DNA of 32,000 nucleotides from an uncultured archaeon (GTDB taxonomy: Archaea; Asgardarchaeota; Thorarchaeia; Thorarchaeales; CAZPUN01): assembly GCA_964589775.1 (NCBI GenBank), contig CAZPUN010000009.1, positions 383 to 32,382 on the forward strand, given 5' to 3'. The notes below the pieces were generated by a model. The model did no database searches, was not told where the DNA came from, and worked only from the letters and a program-made list of their open reading frames with translations. A program made the translations under genes and the position numbers. Shown here piece after piece: positions 18,360 to 25,909 of the stretch (position 1 is the stretch's first letter; the number at the start of each line of letters is the position of its first letter).

Positions 18360-18470
18360 GTCGGAGTAGCCAAGTGGCCTACGGCGCTGGTCTGGAGCGC
18401 CCCAATTTTGGGCACATAAAACCAGTATCCCTTGCGGGATTCGGGAGTTCAAATCTCCCCTCCGACGCCA
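18360..18470 (+). tRNA. tRNA-Ser(GGA) with 22-nt intron at about 37/38 (18398-18419), CCA encoded
   Basis: GTCGGAG/CTCCGAC acceptor, G73, CTGGT-CT-GGA...ACCAG anticodon arm, long variable arm ATCCC/GGGAT, intron helix GCCC/GGGC. Confidence 0.9.
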
Positions 18471-18477
18471 TCTATTT

Positions 18478-19521
18478 CTATGTGCCTGTAAAACCTGCAA
18501 ATGATTCTTTGCTAATTTCTCCTGTATATGATGTGTACAACTCTCGTTTAATTTCTTCGGGATCTTTAGTGTGTCCTAATATCCACATTAGTTTTGTAAC
18601 GGCAGCTTCGGAAGTCATATCATATCCTGAAAGTGCGCCAGCTTCAATTATCTTTTTTCCTACTTCATATACTGGTTCTGCTTGTCCGTATGGGCATTGT
18701 GTTGTAATTACAACTGTAATTCCATCTTTAACTATTTTCTTTATAGTTGGCAATAATGAATTCTCGTAAATTGGAACATTTCCCGAGCCAAAGCCCTCTA
18801 TTACAATTGCTTTATACCCTTCATTAACAATTGCTTCGATGATTGATGGTTTCATTCCCGGGAATAATCTGAGTAAAAATACACTTTCATCGAGATTTGT
18901 ATCTAAAACGGGTTTATTTTTACTTCTATGTACATGACTGCTATATAGAAAGATACTACGCCCAAGAAATCCCAAAGGTGCGGGATCCATAGTATCAAAA
19001 GCGTCAAATGCACGTTCTCTAATTTTTCTAGCTCGTGTAGCTCTATGGATTTCACCGTTAAATGCTATGACTACTTCACCTAAATCAGCCTTTGCTGCAA
19101 TTCTAACTGCATCAGCCAAATTCCTAAATGCATCACTCCATGGATATACCGCAGGAATTTGGGAGCCTGTAAATACAATGGGCTTGCCCAAATTTTGCAA
19201 CATAAATGCTACTGCTGATGCGGAATATGCCATTGTATCTGTACCATGTGCCACAACAATACCGTCTACATCATCATATATCTTATATGCTTCTTCAGCA
19301 ATTATTTTCCAGTGTTTTGGTTGGATATTTGATGAATCTAATGCTAATATGCTCTTACTTTGTATATCTATATCAAAAGCTTTAGTAGCCAAAATTGTAA
19401 TCATATCATCTAAAGTTGCAGTGGGTCTAAATGCGCCTTCTTCATTATCATATAGGCTTGCAATTGTACCTCCTGTCAATAGTAACCCTACAGTATATTT
19501 TTGGCCTACCATATTTTTCAC
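18478..19521 (-). CDS. ansA: Type I L-asparaginase
   Basis: TGGTIAS, HGTDTMAY, TGSQ, EGFGSGN, DMTSEAAVTKLMW; lacks the N-terminal domain of GatD. Confidence 0.88.
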   Translation of the reverse strand: MKNMVGQKYTVGLLLTGGTIASLYDNEEGAFRPTATLDDMITILATKAFDIDIQSKSILALDSSNIQPKHWKIIAEEAYKIYDDVDGIVVAHGTDTMAYSASAVAFMLQNLGKPIVFTGSQIPAVYPWSDAFRNLADAVRIAAKADLGEVVIAFNGEIHRATRARKIRERAFDAFDTMDPAPLGFLGRSIFLYSSHVHRSKNKPVLDTNLDESVFLLRLFPGMKPSIIEAIVNEGYKAIVIEGFGSGNVPIYENSLLPTIKKIVKDGITVVITTQCPYGQAEPVYEVGKKIIEAGALSGYDMTSEAAVTKLMWILGHTKDPEEIKRELYTSYTGEISKESFAGFTGT

Positions 19522-20831
19522 TCAAACCATTTTTCTATTATTTTTACCAGAACTGACTCATTATTTCGACTTAATCGTTCTATGGGTCTAGTAAGATGTC
19601 TTTGTGCTCTTGGTGGTGGAATATATATCCCAACCTTTACATTTCTTTCTATTGGTACTTTAATTTTCTGTATCTCTTTTATGCGAAATCCACAATTTTT
19701 ACATTTGTATCCTTTATTGCTACCTGCACTTTTCAATCTTTTACCACATTTTGGGCAAATTGGATTTTGATATTTATATTTTTTAGCCAAATACAAAATA
19801 TCTAATCTTTCTACATTAAGAGTAATTGGATGATTACTTGAAGCTGGTTTAATTCCTCCATAAATTCGGACAAAGTCATTTTTCGTTAGTTGCATTATGA
19901 TCTTTCTAAAATCACCACTTGGTTCATATGCCATACATTCAATGGTTCCTGTATTGTCTTCAAGAAGAAAATTTACATGTCCTCCTTCAATAATTCTTGG
20001 GGTTGCTTTAATTATTCCTTCTGCTATATGTGGTCTATATGGTCGTGCTTCTGTAATTGGTTTAATTTTTTTCAAATGTTCGCCAGTGCCTTGATTGGAT
20101 CGAAAAATCATCCATGAGGAGATTGGTGGTGTAGATATTATTTCATGCATTGCATTAACTAAGATTTCTGGGTCTTCGCCTCGAATTCCATATATTACAG
20201 GATCTGGACCATGTGGGGTAATTAATAACGTATGTGTTTTATAGTCAATATTTGCAAAAATATAGTTGTGGTATTTTTTATCGATCTTAACTACTGAATT
20301 GAAATCTACATTTCGTACACGATCATGCTCTTTTATATCTCTATATGTAATAAGTTCGTAAGTATAATCCCCCTTTAGCTGATTTCCTATTGCCGATAAT
20401 CCTCCAATAAGCCCTCTCATTTTTCCATAACCATAGTATTCTAAGTTTAGTCGTTCAATAAGATTACGTGCTAGTTTTACTGGAATAACCTCTTCCAGTG
20501 CTTTTCTGCTAAACCATTTGATTTGTTCGGGTATATTGTTCTCTACAAAAACAAGTCCTGGATTTGTATTTTTGTAGTTTTTGTCATAGTATGTATCAAA
20601 TATATGAATTATTTTTTCTTTAATTCTGTCTGGATTTTTTGTTATGAATCTGAGTGCTACTGCACCATTTCCTCTTGTTCTGTAGGGTATATTTGGATTT
20701 AGGCGTATCAGATTTGGATAATCTAAAAACTCAACATCATTCCATATTTGTTTTACAATCGTATACCCGAGATGTGTTGTGCAGCCTCCTTTTGGTGAAT
20801 CTGTATCATCAATGCCCATATGTATTATCAT
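19518..20831 (-). CDS. tiaS: tRNA(Ile2) 2-agmatinylcytidine synthetase
   Basis: GIDDTDSPKGGCTT, LIRLNPNIPYRTRGNGA, GRGLIG-like MRGLIGG, PHGPDPVIYGIRG, NQGT, CPKC/CKNC zinc ribbon, RHLTRP. Confidence 0.95.
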   Translation of the reverse strand: MIIHMGIDDTDSPKGGCTTHLGYTIVKQIWNDVEFLDYPNLIRLNPNIPYRTRGNGAVALRFITKNPDRIKEKIIHIFDTYYDKNYKNTNPGLVFVENNIPEQIKWFSRKALEEVIPVKLARNLIERLNLEYYGYGKMRGLIGGLSAIGNQLKGDYTYELITYRDIKEHDRVRNVDFNSVVKIDKKYHNYIFANIDYKTHTLLITPHGPDPVIYGIRGEDPEILVNAMHEIISTPPISSWMIFRSNQGTGEHLKKIKPITEARPYRPHIAEGIIKATPRIIEGGHVNFLLEDNTGTIECMAYEPSGDFRKIIMQLTKNDFVRIYGGIKPASSNHPITLNVERLDILYLAKKYKYQNPICPKCGKRLKSAGSNKGYKCKNCGFRIKEIQKIKVPIERNVKVGIYIPPPRAQRHLTRPIERLSRNNESVLVKIIEKWFE

Positions 20832-21109
20832 GTATTATCAACTCGCCTGTTATGATAACAATCTTTGCAAATAGTTGATTCGCCTTCTTTTATACTGCAA
20901 TCTTCGCAAACTAGTCTACCACAAATATTGCAAGCTCTACTAGAGAGATTTTTATTGCATATCTGACACAATGCATCTTTACAAACTGAACATATTTGTT
21001 GATCTATATCATAGCAAATATTACATACTTTTGCTCCACAAATCTTACATGTATGAGTAGCTATATTTTGCTCGCAAATTTCACATAACGTTTCACTCTT
21101 AAGCATCAC
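20828..21109 (-). CDS. Small 16-Cys tandem zinc-finger protein (B-box/HIT-like)
   Basis: Two repeats of CxxC-x8-CxxC-x4-CxxC-x7/9-CxxC; ATGA overlap with tiaS; GAGGT SD. Confidence 0.78.
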   Translation of the reverse strand: MMLKSETLCEICEQNIATHTCKICGAKVCNICYDIDQQICSVCKDALCQICNKNLSSRACNICGRLVCEDCSIKEGESTICKDCYHNRRVDNT

Positions 21110-21184
21110 GTATGTTACCTCATCTTGTATACAACATAGGGATGTTATTTAGACTATCGATATTGACCTATGGAGTAAATTAAA

Positions 21185-21769
21185 TTGGCACATCATGTAA
21201 AACAATTAAGCTCATGCAAATGTGAGCCAGTTCGTATTATTATTTTTCATGCAAATCAGTGTGATCCAAAAAAATGTACTGCATTACGTTTACATAGATT
21301 AAATATGGCAAATATCGTACATAATATGTATCGGTGGTCTTCCTCATCGATTGTTCTTAATCCAATTGCTTCTCATATTATCTCAAAAAGTGATTCTAAT
21401 AATATGCTAAATAATGGTCTAGTCGCCTTAGATTGTTCTTGGAAAACTGCAGAACCATTTTTCAAAAGAAAAAGTAAAGGTATTCATAGACGTCTCCCAT
21501 GGCTTGTAGCTGCAAATCCTATTAATTATGGTAAACCGATTAGGCTAAGTACTGCTGAAGCTCTTGCTGCTGCTCTTTGGATTGCAGGATTCATTGATGA
21601 ATCTATAGAAGTTATGAACAAATTCAAATGGGGTCATGCATTTTTTATGTTAAATCAAAAATATTTGGAAAAATATGCGAGATGTACTAATTCTGATGAG
21701 ATAAAGCAGGCTGAAGATGAGATTTTAAGTTCCTTGATGTCTGGAAAAGAAAAACGAAAGCATCAATAA
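21185..21769 (+). CDS. tsr3: 16S rRNA aminocarboxypropyltransferase Tsr3
   Basis: HANQCDPKKCTA, LDCSW, RRLPWLVAANPINYG, LSTAEALAAAL, FKWGHAF; exact start uncertain. Confidence 0.93.
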   Translation: MAHHVKQLSSCKCEPVRIIIFHANQCDPKKCTALRLHRLNMANIVHNMYRWSSSSIVLNPIASHIISKSDSNNMLNNGLVALDCSWKTAEPFFKRKSKGIHRRLPWLVAANPINYGKPIRLSTAEALAAALWIAGFIDESIEVMNKFKWGHAFFMLNQKYLEKYARCTNSDEIKQAEDEILSSLMSGKEKRKHQ

Positions 21770-21776
21770 TCGTAAA

Positions 21777-22130
21777 TGTCGAGCCCAATCTGGCGAGTAC
21801 CTCTTCTTTTGTTACGGGTATATCGTCACCAATATACCCCTCGCGGCATTAGACTAAGCGTCCCACCCGCTGCCTCAGCCAGGTCATCATCGGCAGTCAA
21901 TTTGGACTTGCTCCCATGGGGCCGAGTCGTTTCAACGGTTCCTTAGAAGTCCTCGACAGAGCGCACATGGCTCCCTGTCTCATCGTCATCTCTTCTAAGG
22001 TCGTGTCGTTTCTTGTCTCGGCTTAAGGCTCTCGCCTTGTGGCTCACGCCACACCACTCCTGGAGGGAGGAAGAAAGTTCCTCAGTGTCATGAAGACACC
22101 GGAAGCCGCTCTGCCACTTTGGGCTCGACA
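21777..22130 (-). ncRNA. rnpB: RNase P RNA (archaeal, probably type A)
   Basis: GC-rich 354-nt segment; terminal P1 TGTCGAGCCCAA/TTGGGCTCGACA; CR-I GAGGAAC..TCTTC pairing with CR-V ACAAAAGAAGAGG; GAAACG, GTTGAAACG, GAGCAAG and CR-IV TTAGTCTAATG; P2 GCGGC/GCCGC; K-turn-like GATGA/CTGA; TATA-like TTAAGTA upstream. Confidence 0.9.
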
Positions 22131-22194
22131 AATAAATACTTAACCTAAATTCTTATAGTATTTTCTAATAATCAAATATTTGTTAGGTTATATA

Positions 22195-23220
22195 ATGGAT
22201 GGCACGGCAATGACCCAAAAAAAGCTTCCTGCGGATAAAGAACGCACATTAATTGAAAAGGCAATTGCTAGTACAGATCCTAATTACGGAATTGGATCTC
22301 CTGAATCGCGTTCTATTGAATACTTGCTTAAGAATGGCCTTGTATTACTAGACAAACCTGCGGGTCCAACAAGTCATGAGGTTGTATCTTGGGTGAAACG
22401 CATATTGAATTTATCTAAGGCAGGGCATAGTGGTACATTGGATCCAAATGTAACTGGGCTTTTACCAATTGCGCTAGAAAATGCTACAAAGATTCTTCAT
22501 GCGCTTTTGCCTGCAGGAAAAGAATATGTATGTCTAATGAAATTACATGATGAAGTTGAGCCTGAACGCATTCGTGAGGTTGTATCCGAATTTACCGGTC
22601 CAATTTATCAAAAGCCTCCTCTAAAATCGTCTGTTAAAAAAGTTCTAAGAATTAGAAAAATCTATTATAACGAAATTTTAGAGATTGATGGGAAATTTGT
22701 ATTAATGCGAACCGGTTGTCAAGCTGGTACGTACATGCGAAAGCTCTGCCATGATATTGGTGAAGTTCTTGGCTGTGGTGCTAATATGCAAGAGCTTCGC
22801 AGGACTCGTGTTGGTCCATTTAAAGAAGACGAGCATCTTGTTTCTTTGCAGGATCTATTAGATGCATATATTTTCTGGAAAGAAGATGGTGATGAGACCG
22901 AAATTCGTAAGTATCTTCTTCCAATTGAGTATGCCGTATCGCATCTTCCTCATATATATATTCGCGACAATGCAGTTAATGCAATATGTCATGGTGCAGA
23001 TTTGGCAGCACAAGGCGTTGTAAAATTGCACGATGATATTACAAAGAAATCAATTGTTGCTATTATGACTTTGAAAAATGAATTAGTCGCATTGGGTCAA
23101 GCATTAATGTCTAGTCAGCAAATTTTTCGTGCAAAAAGTGGAATTGTTGTTAAAACTGAACGTGTTATTATGCCTAGAAATGTTTATCCTAAAATGTGGT
23201 CTTCACGCACTGAAAATTAA
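22195..23220 (+). CDS. cbf5: H/ACA RNA-guided pseudouridine synthase Cbf5
   Basis: DKPAGPTSHEVVSW, GHSGTLDP, KEYVC, CQAGTYMRKLCHDIG, ELRRTR, PUA domain, YPKMW; start may be 22195 or 22210. Confidence 0.95.
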   Translation: MDGTAMTQKKLPADKERTLIEKAIASTDPNYGIGSPESRSIEYLLKNGLVLLDKPAGPTSHEVVSWVKRILNLSKAGHSGTLDPNVTGLLPIALENATKILHALLPAGKEYVCLMKLHDEVEPERIREVVSEFTGPIYQKPPLKSSVKKVLRIRKIYYNEILEIDGKFVLMRTGCQAGTYMRKLCHDIGEVLGCGANMQELRRTRVGPFKEDEHLVSLQDLLDAYIFWKEDGDETEIRKYLLPIEYAVSHLPHIYIRDNAVNAICHGADLAAQGVVKLHDDITKKSIVAIMTLKNELVALGQALMSSQQIFRAKSGIVVKTERVIMPRNVYPKMWSSRTEN

Positions 23221-23226
23221 GGTTTT

Positions 23227-23253
23227 GAGTAGGCGCCAAAAGGCGCTTTACTC
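23227..23253. terminator. GC-rich hairpin between convergent cbf5 and rpl14e
   Basis: GAGTAGGCGCC-AAAA-GGCGCTTTACTC inverted repeat. Confidence 0.55.
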
Positions 23254-23260
23254 TATAATT

Positions 23261-23352
23261 ACATGTTCTCGTATAAAATTAGTCAGTCCTTCAGACTCTA
23301 ATACGTACATGTTCTCGCATAAACTCAGTCAGTCCTTCAGACTCTAATACGT
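23261..23352. repeat. 46-bp tandem duplication (2 copies, 43/46 identical) spanning the rpl14e 3' end
   Basis: 23261-23306 ACATGTTCTCGTATAAAATTAGTCAGTCCTTCAGACTCTAATACGT versus 23307-23352 ACATGTTCTCGCATAAACTCAGTCAGTCCTTCAGACTCTAATACGT. Confidence 0.95.
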
Positions 23353-23575
23353 CTAGAAGAGTTTCGTCATCGATGCCTTCATCGATTTCAATGACTTTTC
23401 GTGTGGGTTCTAGATGTCTAATGTTGCATCTTCGGCGTCTTACACCTGTTAGTGATTTTGGTCCTGTAATGATAACGTAATTGTCATCATCATCTCTTTC
23501 AACGATTATGCATTTTCTACCGGCTTCGCGTCCGTATGTTTTTACGCAAATTCTGCCAATGTCCATAATATTCAT
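23291..23575 (-). CDS. rpl14e: 50S ribosomal protein eL14
   Basis: DIGRICVKTYGREAGRKCIIV...VIITGPKSLTGVRRRRCNIRHLEPT; GGAGG SD at 23587-23591. Confidence 0.96.
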   Translation of the reverse strand: MNIMDIGRICVKTYGREAGRKCIIVERDDDDNYVIITGPKSLTGVRRRRCNIRHLEPTRKVIEIDEGIDDETLLDVLESEGLTEFMREHVRIRV

Positions 23576-23712
23576 TTGAATTTATACCTCCTTCTTTGGT
23601 CGATACCCAAGTCACCTCGGGCTGTCACCCCGCCGAGAGTCAGAACTATAATACTTAATAGTTCTCACTTTACGAGGTCTATTGCTGCTTTTGACAAAAT
23701 TATTGAAAAGTG

Positions 23713-24264
23713 TTATTGTTTGGTCTTTCTTTTCGATTTCAATACTTCTTTTGCAGCAGTAATTACCATCTTCTGTACTGATTCCAATGAAAAATTGTCT
23801 GTTCGTATTATTATATCATATATGCTTAAATCATCAACATTTATGTTATACAATTTTTTGAATCTGAATCGCTCGCTATTTTCTCGAGATGTTGTTTCTA
23901 AATATGCTTCTTCATATGTTACGTTATCTCTTTTTGAAATACGTTGTACGCGTGTTTCCATTTTTGCAGTTAGTAGTATCTTTAGATCCGCGATATCTTT
24001 TGTAAACCAACAACTTAATCTTGCATCCAGAACAACGTTTCCTTTCTTTGCATATTCTATTAATCTATCATCGATCATCTTATCTATCTCTGGATGCTTT
24101 TCTACATAGTCTGAAAATTCAGCTAATGTCATATTATGTTCTTTTGCCATTTTTCTAAATATCATTCCTGATGATACATACTCTAAAGAGAAAAATTCTG
24201 CAAGAGCTTTTGCACATGCGCTCTTGCCTACTCCGTGTTCCCCACTTATGGAAAAAATTGGCAT
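23713..24264 (-). CDS. cmk: Archaeal cytidylate kinase
   Basis: ISGEHGVGKS P-loop, SSGMIFRKMA, IDKMID, RFKKLYNI..DDLSIYD; position between rpl34e and rpl14e. Confidence 0.92.
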   Translation of the reverse strand: MPIFSISGEHGVGKSACAKALAEFFSLEYVSSGMIFRKMAKEHNMTLAEFSDYVEKHPEIDKMIDDRLIEYAKKGNVVLDARLSCWFTKDIADLKILLTAKMETRVQRISKRDNVTYEEAYLETTSRENSERFRFKKLYNINVDDLSIYDIIIRTDNFSLESVQKMVITAAKEVLKSKRKTKQ

Positions 24265-24281
24265 TTTTTATCATCCTTGTT

Positions 24282-24554
24282 TTATTCCATTTGTTGTACT
24301 GCAGCGGCTAACTTATTTCGTAAGCATTGTATACAAAGATATCCGCCATAATATCTATTTGGTCTCTTTTTGCTCTTTGAAAGTTTTTTAAATCTGTAGT
24401 TATCATAGTTTCGTACGCCACCCAATGGTTTGCCACATACTGCGCATCTTGCAACTGATGATCTGAACTTTATGAAGTGTCGATTATATCGTTTTCCTGG
24501 AGTTTTCTTAATTTGTACATGACCTTTTCTTGATATTTGTGATTTTGTAGGCAT
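24282..24554 (-). CDS. rpl34e: 50S ribosomal protein eL34
   Basis: KTPG, ARCAVCGKPLGGV, KLSKSKKRPNRYYGGYLC; ATG 24554 follows a GGAGGT SD. Confidence 0.94.
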   Translation of the reverse strand: MPTKSQISRKGHVQIKKTPGKRYNRHFIKFRSSVARCAVCGKPLGGVRNYDNYRFKKLSKSKKRPNRYYGGYLCIQCLRNKLAAAVQQME

Positions 24555-24664
24555 ATTATAAACCTCCAAGAAATATTTCTTATAGATTATTCATTGGTGT
24601 TTTATTTTAATATTTATCGGATTTTGAAAAATAAAAGAAAAATAAAAAAAGAATTTTTAATCTA

Positions 24665-25618
24665 TTAGAATGCCTTTAGGTCTAATTTTTCGACAAGCTC
24701 TTTGTATCTGTTTCGAACTGTAACTTCTGTTACTCTGGCAGTTCGCGCAATTTCTAGTTGTGTTTTTCTGTCCCCTTCCATTATACTGGCGACATAAATT
24801 GCGGCTGCTGCCAAGCCTTTGGGATCTTTTCCTATTGTAAGACCTTGCTTTTTCGCTAGTTCCAATATTTCGACGGCTCGCATTTTAGCGGTTCCTTTCA
24901 GATTTAGTTCGGTTCCAAATCGCGAAACAAAATCTACCGGATCCGTAAATGGAATCTTTAAGTCGAGGTATCGCAAAATTAATCTAATACATAGGCTTAA
25001 TTCTTTTCTACTGATGTGAATTTGGTCTCCGATTTCTTCAAGTGGTCTTGGTACACTATGAACTCTACATGCCAAATATAAGGACGCTGCTACCATGCCG
25101 AGAATTGTTCTTCCGCGTGTTAGCTTTTTCTTTAATGCTTTCCTGTATATTACTGCGGCTGTTGCCCTGATGTTTTGTGGTATTCCCAATTGGCTTGAAA
25201 TTCTATGTAATTCAGTCATGGCGACTGCTAAGTTCCTTTTATCAGATGAATGTACTTTTGTTCGTATTTGCCATCGTCTTAATCGATGTATTTGCGAACG
25301 TGTTTTTCCACTGATTTTATTTCCGAACGCATCAACGTTCTGTTTTCCAATAATAGTTGTTAATCCTTTATCGAATTTTGTGAGATCCATTGGACCTCCT
25401 ACGCGATCTCGTGATGCTTGTTCGTCACTCGTGAATGCGCGCCATTCTGGCCCCTGATCAATTATTTGGTCTCCAATAACCAGACCACAATTACTGCAAA
25501 CAATCTCTCCTCGGCTATAATCAATAAAAAGTGATCGGGAACCGCATGCTGGGCATTCATATTTGTCTTTATCAAAGCCTCTTGGTGAGGCATTATATTG
25601 AATATTACTTCCCGCCAT
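24665..25618 (-). CDS. tfb: Transcription initiation factor IIB
   Basis: CPACG..GEIVCSNCG zinc ribbon, IDQGPEWRAF B-reader, two cyclin folds, GKDPKGLAAAAIY, VTEVTVRNRYKEL. Confidence 0.97.
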   Translation of the reverse strand: MAGSNIQYNASPRGFDKDKYECPACGSRSLFIDYSRGEIVCSNCGLVIGDQIIDQGPEWRAFTSDEQASRDRVGGPMDLTKFDKGLTTIIGKQNVDAFGNKISGKTRSQIHRLRRWQIRTKVHSSDKRNLAVAMTELHRISSQLGIPQNIRATAAVIYRKALKKKLTRGRTILGMVAASLYLACRVHSVPRPLEEIGDQIHISRKELSLCIRLILRYLDLKIPFTDPVDFVSRFGTELNLKGTAKMRAVEILELAKKQGLTIGKDPKGLAAAAIYVASIMEGDRKTQLEIARTARVTEVTVRNRYKELVEKLDLKAF

Positions 25619-25909
25619 GAATCTATCTCCAATTCCTCATGTTTTTTAATTACATGAGTCTTGATAGATCGAGGGGTGCAACCTGGGGATGCTGTAATAT
25701 CTTCCTTCCTTGCTCTCTCGCACTGAAACAGGATGCATTATGCACGATCTAGTCATTTATAAAATAGCAGATTTATATATAAGTGTTGCTTGCTTTCCAT
25801 AAGTAAAATTACTATTTACATACCTCTTATTTACATAATATTTGCAAAATTTTCAAAGATTGATAAAGTTAAAAGAGAATTTTTTTTACTTTAATCAGGT
25901 GTTAATGTA

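Noticed and set aside
18392-18425. Alternative splicing of tRNA-Ser to give a CAT anticodon
   Set aside because: Three A's separate CAT from the 3' stem strand, so a 7-nt loop with CAT centred cannot form; the body has Ser identity (G73, long variable arm)
18212-18769. Short ORFs 18212-18415, 18219-18419 and 18374-18769
   Set aside because: Overlap tRNA-Ser, trm112 or the antisense strand of asparaginase
18478-19521. GatD (Glu-tRNA(Gln) amidotransferase subunit D)
   Set aside because: Only 347 aa, starts at the asparaginase domain and has no adjacent gatE; better called type I asparaginase
21943-22131. 62-aa minus-strand ORF
   Set aside because: Lies within the RNase P RNA gene; no protein motif
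23261-23352. Possible CRISPR array or prophage att pair
   Set aside because: Only two abutting copies with no spacer or cargo; sequence is rpl14e coding DNA; no cas or integrase gene in the window
23576-24109. 177-aa plus-strand ORF
   Set aside because: Antisense to cmk and the rpl14e leader; shadow ORF
25671-25750. TPP-riboswitch-like start on the plus strand (GGGGTGC...GCACTGAAA)
   Set aside because: The 3' half of the TPP aptamer (ACCTGAT, P4/P5 and closing P1) is not recognisable, and the downstream gene argS is unrelated to thiamine
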